Positions 1-9,249 of a stretch of 64,000 nt of DNA are shown piece by piece. Under the pieces are notes generated by a model. That model ran no database searches. It saw only the letters and a program-made list of their open reading frames with translations, and was not told the origin of the DNA. Every line of letters starts with the position of its first letter. Position 1 is the first letter of the stretch. Source of the stretch: an uncultured Candidatus Saccharibacteria bacterium (GTDB taxonomy: Bacteria > Patescibacteriota > WWE3 > UBA101185 > UBA10185); the NCBI GenBank assembly GCA_964387275.1, contig CAYLVW010000001.1, positions 5,514-69,513 of the forward strand, given 5' to 3'. The translations under genes were made by a program, and so were the position numbers.

Positions 1-3000
1 GTAAACCTCGTATCAATATTTTGTGATCTCCCAGCACAAATTCCACATTCACTTCGTCTCTTGTTTGAGATGGGTCTGACGATGGGTAGTAGGTGACAAT
101 TGAGGAGGTTTCTGTATTTGTTTTCCAACTAATAAGTACTGTAGGTTGAGCTGTACCTCTTACTTGTTGTATTTTAACTTCACTGATTTTTGGTCGTGGT
201 AAGGTTTCAAAAGTTAATGTGCTCCCTTCATATTCTGCTGCTTCTGAATCAAAGCCGTTAATCTTATAGAAGTATTTTGTACCGTCTTTAAGATCCTCCA
301 GGATAGTATTATATGTTGCTTCGGATGTAGAGGTTGAGACTTCCAGAGTGGATCCAAATGTTTGAGTTTCTCCGTAGTAAATCCTTATTTTAGTTGCGCC
401 CTCTACTGTGTATCTTATGGTTGCTGTAGTTAGGTTTACAGCAATTGCTTTTGGATCTGTCACCGTTGGGGCTGGCGCTGTTTCGAAAGTTGTTTCTTCT
501 GATGTTCCTGTATTACCGTCTTCGTCTGTCCACTTTGCTTGAAAGTAGTATCTGGTACCTGGGCTTAGGTTTGTAAGAGTTATAGTATGGTCTGTTAACT
601 GGTCGGAGTTTGAAGGTTCCTCATCAAAGAAATCACCAGATCCCTTACCGTACTGGATTTTTGAGTCAGATGTTCTATCAGTTGCCCAGGTTATTGTTGC
701 CTGTTTTGTAGTAATTGCACTTACAGTAGGACCACTAGTAAGTTCGGCAGCGGTTGTATATCTACCATCTGGGTAAGCTGAAACCGCAGTTGTAAAGATA
801 CCACAGTTGTTTGTAGTATCGCATGCTCTTACTTTGTAATAATGGGTTGCTTGTGCCAAATTTGTGTCAATATGGGCAATACCGCTTACTTCTGCTGCAA
901 ATGTGTAGGATGAATCATCTGTAGAGTGGTATATTTCGTAAGTTATATTTGAACTTCCTGTTGTTGGCGGTTCCCATGAGAGAGCAAGTTTCCATGATTC
1001 TGTTTCTTTAACAGATACGTCAGCAATTTCCACATTTAAAGGTACTCCTGGGGATGACGTGTTTGCTGTAAAAGTAACGCTTGCATAAGCGTCATAGTTT
1101 ATATTGTCTACTTCATCCATTGCTGCTACATATAGGGTATTAGACCCTGGTTGGTTTGCATACGGTCCTGATGACAGGGCTGAAATACCTTCTGCAGTGA
1201 ATGTACAGGTTGAGGCGGATGGTAGGGTATTTACGGTATAGCAGTAAGTTAAAGTTGATGAGTCTGGCATGCCTGTGTAGCTAGATGGCGCATCCCAGTC
1301 AAATGCAAAAGCGTTTGCAGTGTTTGTACTTGGAGTAACTATGAGATTTTGTGGTTCTGTTGGTGCGGTACCCGCAAAGTAGAAGTTTACTTGTTTGTAG
1401 GTAGAAGTAACGTTACCTGTATTATCGATAGTTCTCATATATAAAGTGTTTGGGCCTTCGTTTGCGATATCTGTTAGTGTTGTTTGTGTTGTTCCAACAG
1501 CTATTGTGGAAGACCAGCTGCTGGTTCCATTTATAGAATATTGGTATCCTGCTACTCCTGAACCACTTGTATCTGTTGCATCATTTGTCCAGTAGAAAGT
1601 ATATGAATTTGTAGCAGTATATCCTGGAGGCAGCGCTGTTAGTGAGCTTGGGTTTGTAGGTGCTGTACCATCGTATTGATAATTAAATGGTGCATATATT
1701 GAGCTGACGTTTTGAGCGTTGTCCCTTGCCTGTATCCTTAAGTAATAAGTTGAGTTTGATGTCATACTGGATGGCGTAAAGGTGGTACCTACTTGGAAAG
1801 TTCCTGCTGTTGAAGGAGTTGCAGTGTTATCAGTACCAAAGTATACATAGTATCCCTCTATTCCCGAACCTCCCGGATCTGTTGCACCTGACCAAGAGAA
1901 ATAAGGTGTAGCATAGTTGTACCAAGTGTCTGTTGTCAAAGATACAGATCCCCCTGATTGATCCAACGCTGTTAGAGATGATGGTGGGTTTGGTGCGGTA
2001 GCATCTTCACTACCTACTAATGTAACCGAGTTTAAAGTTGCTTGTTGGGTTCCGTCGCCATCAAGAACTGCTTGCCACATAAAGCCGTCCGTAGTGACAT
2101 CAAATGAAGAAACATTTGCTGTTATTGTAGCTATTGGGTTTACTTCTGTAAGCGCGGATGAAGTTGTCCAAGCACTGCCGTTCCAGTATTGCCATGTGGT
2201 GCCTCCATCACTTGAAAGTCTATAATTAAGGGACCCTCCATTAGCTGTCTCACTTGATGCTAAGGAGTCCCATTGCAGAACACCCGATGTAAAAACAGCT
2301 GAGTTTGGTCTTACTGTTTGGGGATCACTAGTATATGGGGTTGTGATAAAGGTACTTCTTGCTGTATCACTTATTCTTAGCTCATCAATCTGGCCCGCGA
2401 GATAACTTAGTGGGAGTCCACTATCCACTGCTCCATGGCTTGTACCAACTCTGAGTTGTAATGTATTAGTTGGTATTGATCTTGTCGCAGATGTTGTTGC
2501 ATCCTCAACACCATTTATATATATCTTCATTGCAGTGCCGTTGTAAGTGGCTGCAACATGTCTCCAATCTGTATTAAAAGAATTTGTTGCAGATTCAAGA
2601 ACTGCGTTATTTCCATAACTCCATACATTAGCATCTACGTTTCCTGAATCTCCTGTACCTGTATAGAGTTTACCTTTATAGGTGGTTACAAAGGTTGCAT
2701 GTTCAGCTGTGTTACTTGCCCATGAGTTATTCAGATCGTCACCCGCGACTTTTGTCCAAGTTGTAAAGTCATATCTCCAGACCTCACCATCTCCAGCTGC
2801 ACTACCTGTTGTTACATACATATCTCCGTTATATTCAGCGATTGACCTAATTCTTTCCATTTCACCTGCTGGCCAGCTGCTGTTTACATCATCGCCTCCA
2901 ATTAGTGTCCATGTAGATCCGTTATATTCCCATACTTCCGCATCGTCCGAGCTATTTCCAAGTCCGGCATACAATTTGTCTCCAATTGGAGCCAGAGCCT

Positions 3001-5563
3001 CTACTGTCTCATATACGGCATTTGCCCAGCTTGAGTTAACAGCATCTCCTCCTACTCTTGTCCAAGATGAGCCATTCCACCTCCACACTTCTGCGTCACC
3101 CGCTGAAGCACCAAGACCTGCATACAATTGATTATTATAAAAAGCAAGTGAGTAGACTGCCTCAAAGTTAGTAGTCCACCCGGAATTTAAACTATCCCCG
3201 CCAATCTTAGTCCAGGCAGTGCCATTCCATCTCCATACCTCTGCATCATTTGCAGAATTACCAAGGCCTGCATATAGATATGTGCCATCGGAGGCTAGGG
3301 CATAGACACCTTCAAAGTTAGTAGTCCATCCGGAGTTTAGGCTATCTCCTCCAAATTGAGTCCAGGAAGTGCCATTAAATCTCCACGTTTCTGCATCATT
3401 TGCGGTTATACCAAGACCTGCAATCAGTTGATTATCATATTGACCCAAAGCCAGTACGTTTTCGTATGTGTTAAAGGCCCAACTTGAATTAACACCTTGT
3501 CCTCCTACTATGTTCCATGTTGATCCATTAAAATCCCATACTTGAGCACTTCCAGCTACACTAATACCAGTTCCGACATATAAACTCTCACTTAGAACCT
3601 CTGCTGTTTCTATTGTTTGTCTGTTGTAGTAACCCCAGCTACTATTAATGTACTGACCTCCGATTCTGGTCCAAGTAGTACCATTAAAGCTCCAGAAATC
3701 AGATCCTTGGTTGGTTGAAGTTTGTCCGGCGTACAGTGTGCTTGAGTTATATGTTAGTGCACTGATAATTGTGTGAGTATTTGTAAACCCGGAATTTAAA
3801 GCATCTCCACCAATCTTAGTCCAGGCAGTGCCATTCCATCCCCATACTTCGTTATCTCCAGCGGTGGCGCCAAGTCCCACATACAGATTTGATCCATCGT
3901 TCGTCATTGAATAGACGTACTCATATGTAGAAGCAGCCCACCCGGAGTTTAATGCATCTCCTCCTATTTGTGACCATGAAGTACCATTCCATCTCCAAAC
4001 ATCTCCATCCCCTGCGGTATCTCCTGTACCTGCATAGAGATTTCCTCCGTAGTAACTAAGAGACCACACTCTTTCAATGTTGCTGCCGGCTGCCCAGCTT
4101 GAATTAACACCATCTCCTCCTATTCTTGTCCAGGTAGTGCCATTCCATCTCCATACCTCTGCATCCTGAGCAGTAAGCCCCAAGCCAGCATAAAGGTTTG
4201 TTCCATCATTTACTAGAGCGTGAACAATTTCAAAGTTAGTAGTCCAGCCGGAGTTTAGGCTATCTCCTCCAATCTTAGTCCATGATGTGCCATTCCATCT
4301 CCATACCTCCGCATCGTTTGCAGAATTACCAAGACCTGCATATAAATTGCCTCCATAGTAATCAAGTGAGTAGACACCCTCCATTGCTAGTACTGCTGTC
4401 CAGCTGGAGTTAACACCGTCTCCACCAATTTTAGTCCATGCAGCGCCGTCCCATCTCCATACCTCCGCATCACCTGCAGTAAGACCTAATCCTACATAGA
4501 CATTAGTGCCATCATTTGCAAGTGCCAAAACCTGCTCGTATTGTTGTGCTGTCCAGCTATCATTTACTCCATCACCTCCAACTTTTGTCCAGGTTCCCCC
4601 CGACCATTGCCATACTTCTGCATCACTGACGGCATTACCAAGGCCTACAAAGACACTTGTTCCCATTGACGTGCTGGCAGACACCGAAAGTTGGCCGTTT
4701 AAATCCCAGCTGTTATTAATTTCGCTCCCTGCTACTTGTGACCACGTGGTTGCTGCAGAATCCTCTAGCTCGTATGTCAACTTTCCTGTCAAATGATTAA
4801 AGTAAAGTTTATATCCTCCTTTGTCCACTATCGCCATATCTCTATCATTTGAAGTTGCGTTAAAGGTAGATGTTAATTTTATCCAAGCTTCTATAGTATT
4901 TTCTGCAACAATATCTAATACAGATGAATCTGCTGCATATCCATAAGAAATTTGACCATCAAAGGAGCCTGCATTATTAAAATTGCCAGAAGAATAAGTA
5001 ATATTTGAATTAGTTAGTGTGTTTGCATTGCCCGAGCTGTCTGAAGCATTCCCAGAGCTTTCATCAAAGTGATATAGCGCTACTGTATCTGCATCTGTTT
5101 CGTAATTTCGAACTTTTAGCCTTGCAGTATTACCCAAAACCTCTATTAAACTTGAGTCTGATACTGTGTAATCTCCAGATGCTGAAAAATCCCAAGTGTT
5201 TGTTAGTTCTCCCGCAGCTTTTACTCTTTGCAGGATGTTTGTTGTGGCAAAGAAAATTCCAATACATATGCCCAAAGTCAGGATAAAAGCTGTTGAAGCT
5301 TTTACCTGCCATCTTGCTAGAGTTACCTTTTTGTCACCATTTTCTTTTACTATTTTTATAGCCTCATAAGTTTTTTCTAAAAACGCAATTAAGCCATTTT
5401 TAAAAAAACTTACTATGCCTGCACGTCTGGTTGCTATAGTTGTTACTTTTTTCTTTTTAAAAATACTGAAAAAATTTACTCGCAGAAAAGGCAAACCGCT
5501 TATATGTCGTCGGGTTTTAGACCTTCTATTAAACTGTCTTATATCATTTTTCAGATCTATCAT
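1..5563 (-). CDS. Giant secreted/surface protein, 5' part (start ATG at 5563, continues beyond window start). It has an N-terminal TM/signal, a LamG/concanavalin-like domain, about 13 tandem ~51-aa Kelch-like beta-propeller repeats (EVWRWNGTSWTKIGGD..NSSW...LYAGLG), a second LamG-like domain and multiple FN3-like domains.
   Basis: Manual minus-strand translation gave an uninterrupted frame from 5563 down to position 1, preceded by an in-frame TAA 15 codons upstream. Repeat periodicity is clear in the protein. There is a TIEAWIKL-type LamG signature and FN3 motifs (GSGIEGYYVYFGTD, ITWATDRTSDSKIQYG). The plus-strand ORFs in this span are short and mutually exclusive with this frame. Confidence 0.8.
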   Translation of the reverse strand, partial: MIDLKNDIRQFNRRSKTRRHISGLPFLRVNFFSIFKKKKVTTIATRRAGIVSFFKNGLIAFLEKTYEAIKIVKENGDKKVTLARWQVKASTAFILTLGICIGIFFATTNILQRVKAAGELTNTWDFSASGDYTVSDSSLIEVLGNTARLKVRNYETDADTVALYHFDESSGNASDSSGNANTLTNSNITYSSGNFNNAGSFDGQISYGYAADSSVLDIVAENTIEAWIKLTSTFNATSNDRDMAIVDKGGYKLYFNHLTGKLTYELEDSAATTWSQVAGSEINNSWDLNGQLSVSASTSMGTSVFVGLGNAVSDAEVWQWSGGTWTKVGGDGVNDSWTAQQYEQVLALANDGTNVYVGLGLTAGDAEVWRWDGAAWTKIGGDGVNSSWTAVLAMEGVYSLDYYGGNLYAGLGNSANDAEVWRWNGTSWTKIGGDSLNSGWTTNFEIVHALVNDGTNLYAGLGLTAQDAEVWRWNGTTWTRIGGDGVNSSWAAGSNIERVWSLSYYGGNLYAGTGDTAGDGDVWRWNGTSWSQIGGDALNSGWAASTYEYVYSMTNDGSNLYVGLGATAGDNEVWGWNGTAWTKIGGDALNSGFTNTHTIISALTYNSSTLYAGQTSTNQGSDFWSFNGTTWTRIGGQYINSSWGYYNRQTIETAEVLSESLYVGTGISVAGSAQVWDFNGSTWNIVGGQGVNSSWAFNTYENVLALGQYDNQLIAGLGITANDAETWRFNGTSWTQFGGDSLNSGWTTNFEGVYALASDGTYLYAGLGNSANDAEVWRWNGTAWTKIGGDSLNSGWTTNFEAVYSLAFYNNQLYAGLGASAGDAEVWRWNGSSWTRVGGDAVNSSWANAVYETVEALAPIGDKLYAGLGNSSDDAEVWEYNGSTWTLIGGDDVNSSWPAGEMERIRSIAEYNGDMYVTTGSAAGDGEVWRYDFTTWTKVAGDDLNNSWASNTAEHATFVTTYKGKLYTGTGDSGNVDANVWSYGNNAVLESATNSFNTDWRHVAATYNGTAMKIYINGVEDATTSATRSIPTNTLQLRVGTSHGAVDSGLPLSYLAGQIDELRISDTARSTFITTPYTSDPQTVRPNSAVFTSGVLQWDSLASSETANGGSLNYRLSSDGGTTWQYWNGSAWTTSSALTEVNPIATITANVSSFDVTTDGFMWQAVLDGDGTQQATLNSVTLVGSEDATAPNPPSSLTALDQSGGSVSLTTDTWYNYATPYFSWSGATDPGGSGIEGYYVYFGTDNTATPSTAGTFQVGTTFTPSSMTSNSTYYLRIQARDNAQNVSSIYAPFNYQYDGTAPTNPSSLTALPPGYTATNSYTFYWTNDATDTSGSGVAGYQYSINGTSSWSSTIAVGTTQTTLTDIANEGPNTLYMRTIDNTGNVTSTYKQVNFYFAGTAPTEPQNLIVTPSTNTANAFAFDWDAPSSYTGMPDSSTLTYCYTVNTLPSASTCTFTAEGISALSSGPYANQPGSNTLYVAAMDEVDNINYDAYASVTFTANTSSPGVPLNVEIADVSVKETESWKLALSWEPPTTGSSNITYEIYHSTDDSSYTFAAEVSGIAHIDTNLAQATHYYKVRACDTTNNCGIFTTAVSAYPDGRYTTAAELTSGPTVSAITTKQATITWATDRTSDSKIQYGKGSGDFFDEEPSNSDQLTDHTITLTNLSPGTRYYFQAKWTDEDGNTGTSEETTFETAPAPTVTDPKAIAVNLTTATIRYTVEGATKIRIYYGETQTFGSTLEVSTSTSEATYNTILEDLKDGTKYFYKINGFDSEAAEYEGSTLTFETLPRPKISEVKIQQVRGTAQPTVLISWKTNTETSSIVTYYPSSDPSQTRDEVNVEFVLGDHKILIRGL

Positions 5564-5715
5564 GGCAGGTGATTCATCTTCTAATAATCTTACATGAATT
5601 ATAAATTATTTTGAAGTAATAGATAGGCTGAATTTGCTGCCTTATCAACATATAGATATATATAAATATTAATTCTTGTATGGGTAACAGAATCTAATTT
5701 GGTATTATTGAACAT

Positions 5716-6720
5716 ATGGAAACAAGCTCCAAAGAGAAAGTTATGATTAGGCCCCTTAGCCGATATATTTTAATGTTTCTGTTGTTAATTTTAGGGTTTG
5801 GTTTTGGGATTTTATTTGATAAATCGTTAATAAAAAATGCTTTTATTAGTGAAGTTAGGCTGCCCCAGCAGTACAAGTATATTAATCCTCTTTTAGAGTG
5901 TGATTCCAACATTGGTAACTATAAATCTCTAACTAAAACTGAAGACAGCGTATCCTCTTACATTAAGGATGCAAAAGACAGGGGTACAATTACCAGCGCA
6001 TCTGTTTACTACAGGGATTTAAATAATGGTCCATGGTTTGGTATTAATGAACAGGAGAAGTTCACTCCCGCGAGTTTAATTAAGGTTCCTATGATGATCG
6101 CTTATTTTAAAAGGGCCGAAACAGATCCAGATATTTTAAGTAAAAAATTAATATTTTCTTCTAAAGATCAAATCTCCTTAGGTCCTGCTTTTGTTAAACC
6201 TAAGGAAGAGTTGATTGAAGGGCAGGAATATACTGTTATGGAGTTAGTTGAGATCATGATTAAGTTTTCTAATAATAATGCTTACTACCTTCTCAAGAGT
6301 AATTTAGGAGAAGATAGGTTTGAACAAACTCTTAAAGATTTTGGTATAGATGTTGCTAAGATTAACTCTAGTAACACAGAGAATGTTTTAACAATTCGCG
6401 AGTATTCATCATTCTTTAGAATTTTATACAATTCTTCTTACTTGAGCAGAGCTTACTCTGAGAGGGCTTTGGAGATTTTGAGCGGGGTAGAATTTAAGTC
6501 TGGGATAAGTGCCGGTATACCTGAATCTGTTTTGGTTGCAAATAAGTTTGGTGAGAGATCTTATCAAGATTCTTCTATCAAGCAGCTGCATGATTGTGGG
6601 ATTGTTTATAAGACTAATAATCCTTATTTGGTATGTATTATGACAAGAGGGGGTACTTTTGACGATTTAGCAAATTCTATAAGGGATATTTCTAAGATTA
6701 TTTATAGCTCTTTGAATTAG
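5716..6720 (+). CDS. Membrane-anchored serine hydrolase with class A beta-lactamase-like fold
   Basis: N-terminal TM helix. Motifs present are an S-x-x-K (PASLIK), an SDN-like SNN and a KTG-like KFG, consistent with a penicillin-binding/beta-lactamase-type fold. Confidence 0.6.
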   Translation: METSSKEKVMIRPLSRYILMFLLLILGFGFGILFDKSLIKNAFISEVRLPQQYKYINPLLECDSNIGNYKSLTKTEDSVSSYIKDAKDRGTITSASVYYRDLNNGPWFGINEQEKFTPASLIKVPMMIAYFKRAETDPDILSKKLIFSSKDQISLGPAFVKPKEELIEGQEYTVMELVEIMIKFSNNNAYYLLKSNLGEDRFEQTLKDFGIDVAKINSSNTENVLTIREYSSFFRILYNSSYLSRAYSERALEILSGVEFKSGISAGIPESVLVANKFGERSYQDSSIKQLHDCGIVYKTNNPYLVCIMTRGGTFDDLANSIRDISKIIYSSLN

Positions 6721-6808
6721 TTTAATGTTGTAACTGTATTTTTTATGAAGGTTGTTTGTTAATCAGCGTTGTTACCTCTATTTGTATTTTAGGATTTTTA
6801 ATGAATGT

Positions 6809-6861
6809 GGGCGGGCGCAGCTGGGTTAGAAAAATCAGATCACCACTTGCTGCGCCCGCCC
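6809..6861. other. Perfect 13-bp GC-rich inverted repeat (GGGCGGGCGCAGC...GCTGCGCCCGCCC) with a 27-nt loop, downstream of the beta-lactamase-like gene
   Basis: Read directly from the sequence. No U-tract follows on either strand. Confidence 0.7.
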
Positions 6862-6995
6862 CTACCATCTCCTTACCTCCAAACCTTTCTTTTCAGAACA
6901 ACCGAAACAGCTCAAACCAAATCTTCTAACTAACCCACTTTACTCGAGTTCAATCCAAGACTGGAGATCAGTCTTGTTGTAAAACGGGGGCCAGA

Positions 6996-7388
6996 CTACC
7001 TTCTTCTGCCTTTGCCCTTACGCACATCGAAAACACCTCTTGGGGTGTAAGGTCCTTCGGGTTCTCTCAGGTATAGCGAGGTTACATAAAGTGCAACTTC
7101 ATGTTCTCGCCTGCTCGGCTCAAACCCAGCAATGACCTCTGCCTTAGACCAGATCGATTCTTGAGTTGGCAGTCTGATCAAGGCAGTTTTAAAAAGGCTT
7201 CGATACAACTCAACCAAAGCCTTATCTTTGTTACACCATGGAAGACAAAATGGCCTTCCTCTAAGCTCCTGGGGCTTGTAGTTGGAAATTATCCTTTCGA
7301 GTAGGTGGTGGTACATTAAAGAAACATCAGTGTTTCCAACAACCAGAGACCCACCACCTGCGTTTGATAATTGCCCAGAGCTTGTCAT
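6996..7388 (-). CDS. Hypothetical small basic protein (130 aa) in a locally GC-richer segment
   Basis: A strong Shine-Dalgarno (AAGGGGAGG) lies 5–6 nt upstream of the ATG on the minus strand. The ORF is intact with a C-terminal Arg/Lys-rich tail and no recognisable family. Confidence 0.45.
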   Translation of the reverse strand: MTSSGQLSNAGGGSLVVGNTDVSLMYHHLLERIISNYKPQELRGRPFCLPWCNKDKALVELYRSLFKTALIRLPTQESIWSKAEVIAGFEPSRREHEVALYVTSLYLREPEGPYTPRGVFDVRKGKGRRR

Positions 7389-7551
7389 TTGGTCCTCCCC
7401 TTTATATCACAGATCGGTTTTGGAATTTTGTGGTTTTCACACCAATCCGTAACTTAGATAAATACTACCATTATTAGTGCAATCATCAATACTATTATAT
7501 TAATATGAATTATTTATCAAACAGTTACTTATGGTTGTTAATAATGAGTAC

Positions 7552-8949
7552 TTATGCCGCTTCGCTATCAGCAATGTATTTTTTGATCAATCTCCTAGCC
7601 TTGGGGCTTTTTACAAGCTCAAGCCAGTCTTTACTGGGTCTTGCTCTGGGATTTGTCAGAACTTCTACGACATCCCCATCTTTGAGTTCTTGGGAAAGTT
7701 TTGCAATTTTACCGTTGATCAGCGCGCTGATGCATTTGTAGCCGATATCTTCGTGTACTGCAAAAGCAAAATCAATAATAATAGCACCTACAGGAAGTTC
7801 TATTATTTTTCCTTTTGGCGTAAAAACATACACTTTGTTTTTAAAAGTTGAAATCTCTGTATTTTCAGCTTTGGTTAAAGACTTTACATTTAATTGTTTT
7901 AATAAATCGGGTGATGAATTAAGGTATTTTTTTAAATGCTCGCCAATCTTATAGAAAGCATGGCTTGCCTTACCATATTCATTTTCTTCATGCATATCTT
8001 TAGTTTTAATTTGAATTTCTAGGTAAAAATCTTCTGAAGCCTTATATATATTGTGAATAGATCTATATCCGGTCATACGAGGCTCTTTAATAAAGTCATC
8101 TCTTGAATCCGAAAGCGTATCCCAGATATTATTTAGCATGTCCTCTACTAAGTAGCACTCATCTATCGAATCTACAATAATTGCCATGGCCGCAATATCG
8201 TATATATGCTCCAGAGATCTTCCTACTCCGTTGTACTTAACCTCTTTTTTATAAATTGAATATGTGTGCTTAATTCTTTTTAGGATTATAGGATCTTTTA
8301 CATTATTTTCAGCAAGTATTGCTCTGATAAACGCTTCTGTGTCTCTAAATAAATTCTCAATCGCAGGTTTTTTGCTTGCTACAAAATACGAAATATCCGA
8401 ATACTTTTGAGGGTTTAATACTTTAAAAGCGTTATCCTCAAGTATTCTTGAGTAAGAACTAAGACCAAGCAAATGACATACAGGGCTATATAAAGTAAGT
8501 ATTCTCTGTGCTCTACCTAGTCTTATATCCTCAGGAAGAGAGAATAAGGACTGTGCATCTTCGACCTTATCAGCAAGTCTTACAAGTAGCAATCTAATAT
8601 CTTGAGCAATGTTTAGATACGTTTGTATTATGTAACCTGTGTTTACAACTTCTTCTGACATCATTCTGACTTGGTGATTCCTAAGTTCGTCATATCTTCT
8701 AACCAGATCATATATATCCTGCCCAAGTTCATTAACTATTTGTTTTTTATATTCTTCTGTTTCTAAGGGAACAAAATGATGGAGTATAGCAAGAATTAAT
8801 GTTTCTTCATCCTTTACACCTATTTTTACCAAGTTACTTAAAACTTTTTCCACATGTTCGTACAAAGCAGCTCCTGAGAGTCTTTTTTTATCTTTATATA
8901 TTTTTTGAGCTATTTGTTTTGCTCTAAGTAATCTGTTTTTTTCTTCCAT
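7552..8949 (-). CDS. rel: Short bifunctional Rel/SpoT-type (p)ppGpp synthetase/hydrolase (HD + RelA/SpoT synthetase + TGS domains, no ACT domain)
   Basis: HD motif (LILAILHHF..). The synthetase domain carries YRSIHNIY and EIQIKTKDMHEENEYGKASHAFYK. A C-terminal TGS-like segment (VYVFTPKGKIIELPVGAIIIDFAFAVH) is present. Confidence 0.85.
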   Translation of the reverse strand: MEEKNRLLRAKQIAQKIYKDKKRLSGAALYEHVEKVLSNLVKIGVKDEETLILAILHHFVPLETEEYKKQIVNELGQDIYDLVRRYDELRNHQVRMMSEEVVNTGYIIQTYLNIAQDIRLLLVRLADKVEDAQSLFSLPEDIRLGRAQRILTLYSPVCHLLGLSSYSRILEDNAFKVLNPQKYSDISYFVASKKPAIENLFRDTEAFIRAILAENNVKDPIILKRIKHTYSIYKKEVKYNGVGRSLEHIYDIAAMAIIVDSIDECYLVEDMLNNIWDTLSDSRDDFIKEPRMTGYRSIHNIYKASEDFYLEIQIKTKDMHEENEYGKASHAFYKIGEHLKKYLNSSPDLLKQLNVKSLTKAENTEISTFKNKVYVFTPKGKIIELPVGAIIIDFAFAVHEDIGYKCISALINGKIAKLSQELKDGDVVEVLTNPRARPSKDWLELVKSPKARRLIKKYIADSEAA

Positions 8950-9249
8950 TTTTAGACCAAACTTTACAAGTCTTTGCAGTTTCCTAGTGAAAGGAAGTTG
9001 GAGAAGGCACGTGCTTTAGCGCGTGGAGTCTCATTAAAATGCCTGTTATAACCTGCAGCTAGGTAACTTGGCACAATCAGTATGCCCGCAGACTTAGAGA
9101 TACAGGGTGCGAGAGCTACATATAGTTTCCAGAAACAAAAAACACCCGTACCGGGCTTTATACTATTTTTTGGGTGAAAAGCGTCTGCATCTCCTTAGTT
9201 TTCACGTCTATATATTATACATTAGTGGGGAAGTTTTGTTTATTTTTAG

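Noticed and set aside
2682-5312. Plus- and minus-strand ORFs of 60–150 aa from the six-frame track lying inside the first 5.5 kb (2682–3131, 4506–4796, 5017–5286, 5130–5312)
   Set aside because: They sit within the continuous minus-strand giant ORF. Their translations are low-complexity (S/P/T-rich mirror of the repeat DNA) and they are mutually exclusive with the much longer frame.
6780-7500. Possibility that the GC-rich segment is a structured ncRNA (RNase P RNA, tmRNA or group I/II intron)
   Set aside because: I looked for P4/CR-I, CR-II and CR-IV RNase P blocks, a tmRNA tag reading frame with a tRNA-like 3' end, and GUGYG/domain V intron signatures on both strands. Only short, wrongly ordered partial matches were found. 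A protein ORF with a strong SD explains most of the segment better. A covariance-model scan (Infernal/Rfam) would settle it.
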